A stretch of 64,000 nt of DNA from contig CAVYRF010000002.1 of NCBI GenBank assembly GCA_963770895.1, positions 192,001 through 256,000 of the forward strand, written 5' to 3'. The notes beneath the pieces were generated by a model. It ran no database searches and was not told the DNA's origin. It saw only the letters and a list, made by a program, of their open reading frames with translations. Below, piece after piece: positions 57,201 to 63,200 of this stretch. The position numbers and the translations under genes are program-made. Source of the stretch: an uncultured Acidobacteriota bacterium. Lineage in GTDB: Bacteria > Acidobacteriota > Thermoanaerobaculia > Multivoradales > UBA5704. Every line of letters starts with the position of its first letter. Position 1 is the stretch's first letter.

Positions 57201-60200
57201 GCGGCGAGAGCCGTCTCGCGCACCCGGCCCAGCAGCTCGCGGAACGACGCGTCCGCCGCCAGGCCGCCGCGCAGCACCAGGGTGTTGACGAAGAACCCGA
57301 TCAGGCCTTCGGTCTCCACCCGGTTGCGTCCCGCGACCGGCGAGCCGACCGCGAAGTCGTCCTGGCCGCTGGCGCGCCCCAGCAGGGCCTGGAAGCCGGC
57401 CAGCAGCACCATGAAGACCGTCGCTCCCTCGCGCCGGGCCAGAGCCTCGATCTGCCGCGCCAACCCGGCCGGCAGCGGCACCGGCCGCGAGCCGCCGCGG
57501 AAGCTCTGCACCGCGGGACGCGCACGGTCGGTGGGCAGCTCCAAGACCGGCGGCAGACCGGCGAGCTGCCGGCGCCAGAAGGCGATCTCCTCCGCCAGCA
57601 CATCGCCCGTCAGCCAGGAACGCTGCCAGGCGGCGAAATCCGCGTACTGCACCGTCAGCTCCGGCAACGGCGACGGCCGGCCCGCGGCAAACGCCGCATA
57701 GAGCGTCGTGACCTCGCGCACCAGGATGCCCAGCGACCAGCCGTCGCTCGCGATGTGATGCATGGCGAGCGCCGCCACATGATCGCTCGCCGAAAGCCGC
57801 AGCAACACGCCGCGCAGCAGGCCGGCCGACCGCGGTGGCCGGCCGGCACTCGCCGTATCTCGGGGGTCGCGCGCCAGGTCGAACGGGCGGCCGGCCTGGT
57901 CTCTCACCAGGGCCAGCATCGACGCCTCGCGCGCGCTCTCCGGCAACCCCGAAAGGTCGACCAGCGGCAGCGCGAACGGCGCCGCCGGCTGGATCACCTG
58001 CACCGGCGACCCCTCGTGCGCGGCGAAGACCGTGCGCAGCGCCTCGTGGCGGCGCACGGTTTCGCCCAGGCAACGGGCCAGCACCGCGCGCCCCAGCGGC
58101 CCGGCGATGCGCAGCGCGATGGGGATGTTGTAGAGCGGGCTGCCCGGTTCGAGCTGATCGATGAACCACAGGCGCTGCTGGGCGAACGACAGCGGCAGCG
58201 GCCCTTGCCGCGGGACCTGGGTGATCGGCGCGAGCGGCGGCGCGGGCGCCGTGGCGCCGCTGCGGCGCATCGCCTCGACGCGGATGGCGAGGTCTGCCAG
58301 CCGCGGGGCGATGAACAGGTCGCGCAGCGGCATCTCGATGCCGAAGGCACCGCGCAGCCGCGACGTCACCCGCGTGGCCAGCAGGGAGTGCCCCCCCAGG
58401 GCGAAGAAGTCGTCGGTGGCGCCGACTCTTTCGCGACCGAGCAGCTCCGCCCAGATGCCGGCCAGGACCTCTTCGACCGGCGTCCGCGGCGCCACGTAGC
58501 CTTCCTGGGGGCCCTGCCAGTCCGGTGCCGGCAGCGCCTTCCTGTCCACCTTGCGGTTGGGCGTCAGCGGCAGCTCGGCAAGCAGCGTGAAGGTCGCCGG
58601 CACCATGGAATCCGGCAGCCGCTGGCGCAGGAAGGCGCGCAGGTCCTCGATCGCCAGGCTGACCCCGGGCGCCGGCACCACGTAAGCCGCCAGGAACAGC
58701 TCCGCGCCCTGATCCTGGCGCGCCTGGCGCGTGACGACGACCGCCTCGCGGACGCCCGGAAAGCCGCCCAGCACCGATTCGATCTCCCCCAGCTCGATGC
58801 GGAAGCCCCTGATCTTGACCTGCGTGTCGGCGCGGCCGGCGAACACCGCCTCGCCGTTGGGCAGGTAGCGCCCCAGGTCGCCGGTGCGGTAGAGATCGGC
58901 CACGAAGCGCTCCGCGGTGAGCTGCGGATCCCCCAGGTAGCCCTTGGCGATGTGCGGGCTGCGCACCGCGACCTCGCCCAGCTCGCCGATGCCGGCGAGT
59001 TCACCGGCCGCGGTGAGCACCAGCAGCTGCACGTCCGGAATGCCGCGGCCGAGCGGCAGCACCTCGCGCGGCTCGCTGTCCCCGGCCACGTGGTAGCCCA
59101 CGGCGCGTTGCGTTTCCGTCGAGCCGTAGTAGTTGACGCAGGTCACGTTCGGCGCCAGCGAGCGCAGCCGCGCCACGTCGCGGCGGGTGAGGACGTCGCC
59201 CACCAGGAACGCGTGACGCAGCGACGGGACCTCGACGCGCAGCGCGTCCGGCGCCGCGGTCGTCAGCATCTGTCCCAGGGCGGGCGTGAGATGGGTGATC
59301 GTCACCTGCTCGCGGCGCATCCAGGCGGCGAGCCGGCCGGGCTCGTCCATCGTTTGCGGATCGGGGATCACCACCGCGGCCCCCAGTTGCAGCGGGGTGA
59401 AGACGTCGCGGTGCAGCGGATCGTGCGCCAGGCCCGACAGCAGACTGAAGCGGTCGGCGGCCGACAGCTCGAAGCGGTGGCGGAGCCAGGGGATGAAGTG
59501 CGACAGCGAGCCGTGGCGGCCGACGACGCCCTTGGGCACGCCCGTCGAGCCGGAGGTGAACGCCACGTAGGCGGTGTCGTCAGGCCCCACCTCGACGGCG
59601 GCAGGAGCCGCGGCCAGGTTGGCCAGGTCGGCCAGGCCGGTCAGGAAGCGGGCGCCGTCGGCCCGCGCCGGCAGCGTCAGGCGGCAGGCGCAGCCCGACG
59701 CGTCGAGCGCGCCGTCGATCTCCGCCGGCACCGGGCCGGCCGCCGCGACCCGCAGCCAGGCGGCCGGACGCGCAATCGCGAGCATCTGCGCCTGGCGCGG
59801 CGCCGGGTAGCGCGGATCGAGCATCAGGAAGGCGGCGCCCGCCCGGAGCGCACCCAGGACGCCCCAGACGAGCGGCGCGCTGCGGTGCGCCCAGAAGGCC
59901 ACCGCGTCGCCGCGCCGCACGCCCCGCGCCTGGAGGAACGCCGCCAGCCGGTCGGCCCGCTCGTCCAGCTCGCCATAGGTCCAGGCCTCCGCCGGGTCGG
60001 CCACGGCGAGCGCCGCGGGATCGCGGCGGGCATGGCGGGCGAAGACCTGGTGGACCGCCCCTTCCCAGGCGGCCGACAGCGCCGCTGCCGGATCGGGCAG
60101 GATGGCACGCGCCGCGGCGGTGACCAGCGACAGGCGCTCCACCGGCTCCTCCGGCCGCTCCAGCGCCTGCTCCAGGAAAAGCGGCAGCTGCGCCAGCAGG

Positions 60201-63200
60201 TCCTCCATCCGGGCGGCGTCGAACAGGTCGGCGTTGTAGACCAGGTCGACCTGCACCCCGCCGTCGTCGGCGCCCAGGTAGAACGTCATGTCGAGCTTCG
60301 ACAGGGGGGCCGCCGGCGCCGTCCCCGCCACCTCCATCTCCAGGCCCGGCAGACGCATCCCGGCGGTCGGCACGTTGACCAGGTTGACCATGACCTGAAA
60401 GAGCGCCGTCCGCGACAGGTCGCGCTGCAACGGCAGCGCGGCCAGCACCGCCTCCAGGGGGACGTCCTGGTGCGAATACGCCCCCAGGGTGACCTCCCGC
60501 ACCTGCTCCACCAGGCCGCGGAAGCCGGGCTGGCCGCCGAAGCCGGTGCGCAGGACCAGGGTGTTGAGGAAGCAGCCGATCAGCCCCTCGGTCTCCACGG
60601 CGCGGCGGCCGGCCACCGGCGCGCCCACCAGGATGTCGTCCTGGCCGCTGTGCCGGTGCAGCAGGGTCTGGATCGCGGCGAGCAGCGTCATGAAGAGGGT
60701 CGCGCCGTGGGAGCGGCCGAACCGGGTCAGCCGCCCGCCCAGCTCAGGGGGGAGAGTCCGCGCGGCGCCGCCGCCGCGATAGGTCTGCACCGGCGGACGC
60801 GGCCGGTCGATGGGCAGGTCGAGCGGCGCGAGCTCGCCGCGCAGCAGGTGCAGCCACCAGGCAAGCTCCGTCTGCCGCGTCGCCGCGACCACCTGGCGTT
60901 GCCAGACCGCAAAGTCGGCATACTGCACCGGGAGCTTGCCCAGCCCGGAAGGACGGCGCTCCGAAAACGCACCGTACAGCTCGCCGATCTCGCGCACCAG
61001 CAGGTGCAGCGACCAGCCGTCGCAGATCACGTGGTGCAGCACCAGCAGCAGGTGGTGGCGATCGGGTGCGAGCCGCAGCAGCGCCGCGTCGAACAGCGGC
61101 CCGCGCGCCAGGTCGAAGCGGTGCGCCGCGTGGTCCGCGGCCAGCCGCTCGGCCGCGGCGCGGCGCCCGGCCTCCGGCAGCGCGGCCAGGTCGACCACCG
61201 GCAGCCTGGCCGCGAGCCGCGCCAGGACGTGCTGGCGGGGCTCGCCGTCCACCACCTGGAAGACCGTGCGCAGCACCTCGTGGCGCGCCACCAGGCCCTG
61301 CAACGCCGCGGCGAGCGCGGCCACGTCCAGGCGGCCGGCGAGCCCGACCGCGCTGGGCATGTTGAAGGTGGGCTCACCCGGATCGACGCTGTCGAGGAAC
61401 CACAGGCGTTCCTGGGCGAAGGAGAGCGGCAGCGGCCCCTGCCGCGGCACCGCGACCAGGGGCGGGGCCGCCGTGCTGGCACCGCCGCGCCGCGCCGCCT
61501 CGACCACCGTCGCCAGCTCCGCCACGGTCGGCCGCTCGAACAGTGCCCGCAGCGGCAGCTCGACCCCGAAGGCGCTGCGCAGACGCGACGCCACCCGCGT
61601 CGCCAGCAGCGAATGGCCGCCCAGCTCGAAGAAGTTGCCGTCCACCCCCACCCGTTCCAGGCCCAGCACCTCGGCCCAGATGCCGGCCAGGACCTCCTCG
61701 ACCGGCGTGCGCGGCGCCACGTGGCTCCCTTGGGCGGCCTGCGGCTCGGGCGCCGGCAGCGCCTTGCGGTCCAGCTTGCCGTTGGCCGTCAGCGGCAGCT
61801 CCGGCAGCACCACGATGGCGGACGGCACCATGTGGTCCGGCAGCTTCTCCTGCAGCGACCGGCGCAGCCCCTCGGCGCCGGCGTCGCCGACGACGTACGC
61901 CACCAGCCGCCGGTCGGAGCGCTCCTCGCGCACCACCACCACCGCCTCGCGGACGCCGGGCAAGGTCAGCAGCAGGGCCTCGATCTCGCCGGGCTCGACG
62001 CGGAAACCCCGGATCTTGACCTGGTCGTCGAAACGGCCCAGGAACTCCAGGTCGCCGCTGGCGAGGGTCCGCACCTTGTCGCCGGTCCGGTAGAGCCGCG
62101 CCCCCGGCTGACGGCCGCACGGGTCCGGCACGAACCGCTGGGCCGTCAGGTCGGGCCGCCCCAGGTAGCCGCGCGCCAGGCAGGCGCCGCCCAGGTGGAG
62201 ATCCCCCAGGACGCCGATCGGCGCCGGCACCAGGCCGGGCTCCAGGACGTAGGCCGTGCTGTTGCCGATCGGCCGGCCGATCGACGGATAGACCGCCCAC
62301 GCCGCCGGGTCGGGGGGCATGGTGAAAGCGGTCGCCACGTGCGTCTCGGACGGGCCGTAGTGGTTGTGGAAGGCGCACCCCGGCAGGCGCTCCAGCAAGG
62401 CAGCCATCGCCCGGTTGGTCTGCAGCCGCTCGCCGGTCGTGGTGAGCTCGCGCAACGGTGGCAGATCCTCACGGCCGGCAAAGATCTCCGCCACCTGTTG
62501 CAGCACGACCACCGGCAGGATCGCCTTTTCGATCCGCTGCAGCACAAGCAGCCCGGCCAGCGCCCCCAGGTCGCGGCGCAGCTCCTGCGGCACCACCACC
62601 AGGGTGCCGCCGGAGCCCCAGCAGGCGAACATCTCGTGGAAGCTGGCGTCGAAGGAGAGCGAGGCGTATTGCAGGGTCCGCGCTCCCCCCACGAGAGTCG
62701 CCAGGTGCCAGTCGATCAGGTTGCGCAGCGCCCCCTGGGAGAGGGCCACGCCCTTGGGACGGCCGGTGGAGCCCGAGGTGTAGATCACGTAGCCCAGGTT
62801 CTCGGCCGCGGGCTCGCTGCCATCGCGACGATCGCCGGCGTCCAGCGGGTCCTGCGGGTCCTGCCCGTCCTGGCCGCCTTCCGCTTCTTCGACGTCGATC
62901 AGGACAAGCCGCGCGCTGCCGGCCGGCAGCCGCTGGCGCAGGGGCTCCTGGGTGAGCAGCACCGGCGCGCCGGTGTCGGCGAGCATGAACGCCAAACGCT
63001 CCGCCGGGTGCTCCGCATCGAGCGGCACGTAGGCGCCCCCGGCCTGGAGGATGCCCAGCACGCCCAGGATCATGTCCAGGGAGCGCTCGACCAGCAGGCC
63101 CACCTGGACGTCCGGGCCGACGCCCTCCCGGCGCAGGCGCCGGGCCAGGCGGCTCGCGCGGGCGTTGAGCGCGGCGTAGCTCAGCGCCTGGTTGCCGAAG

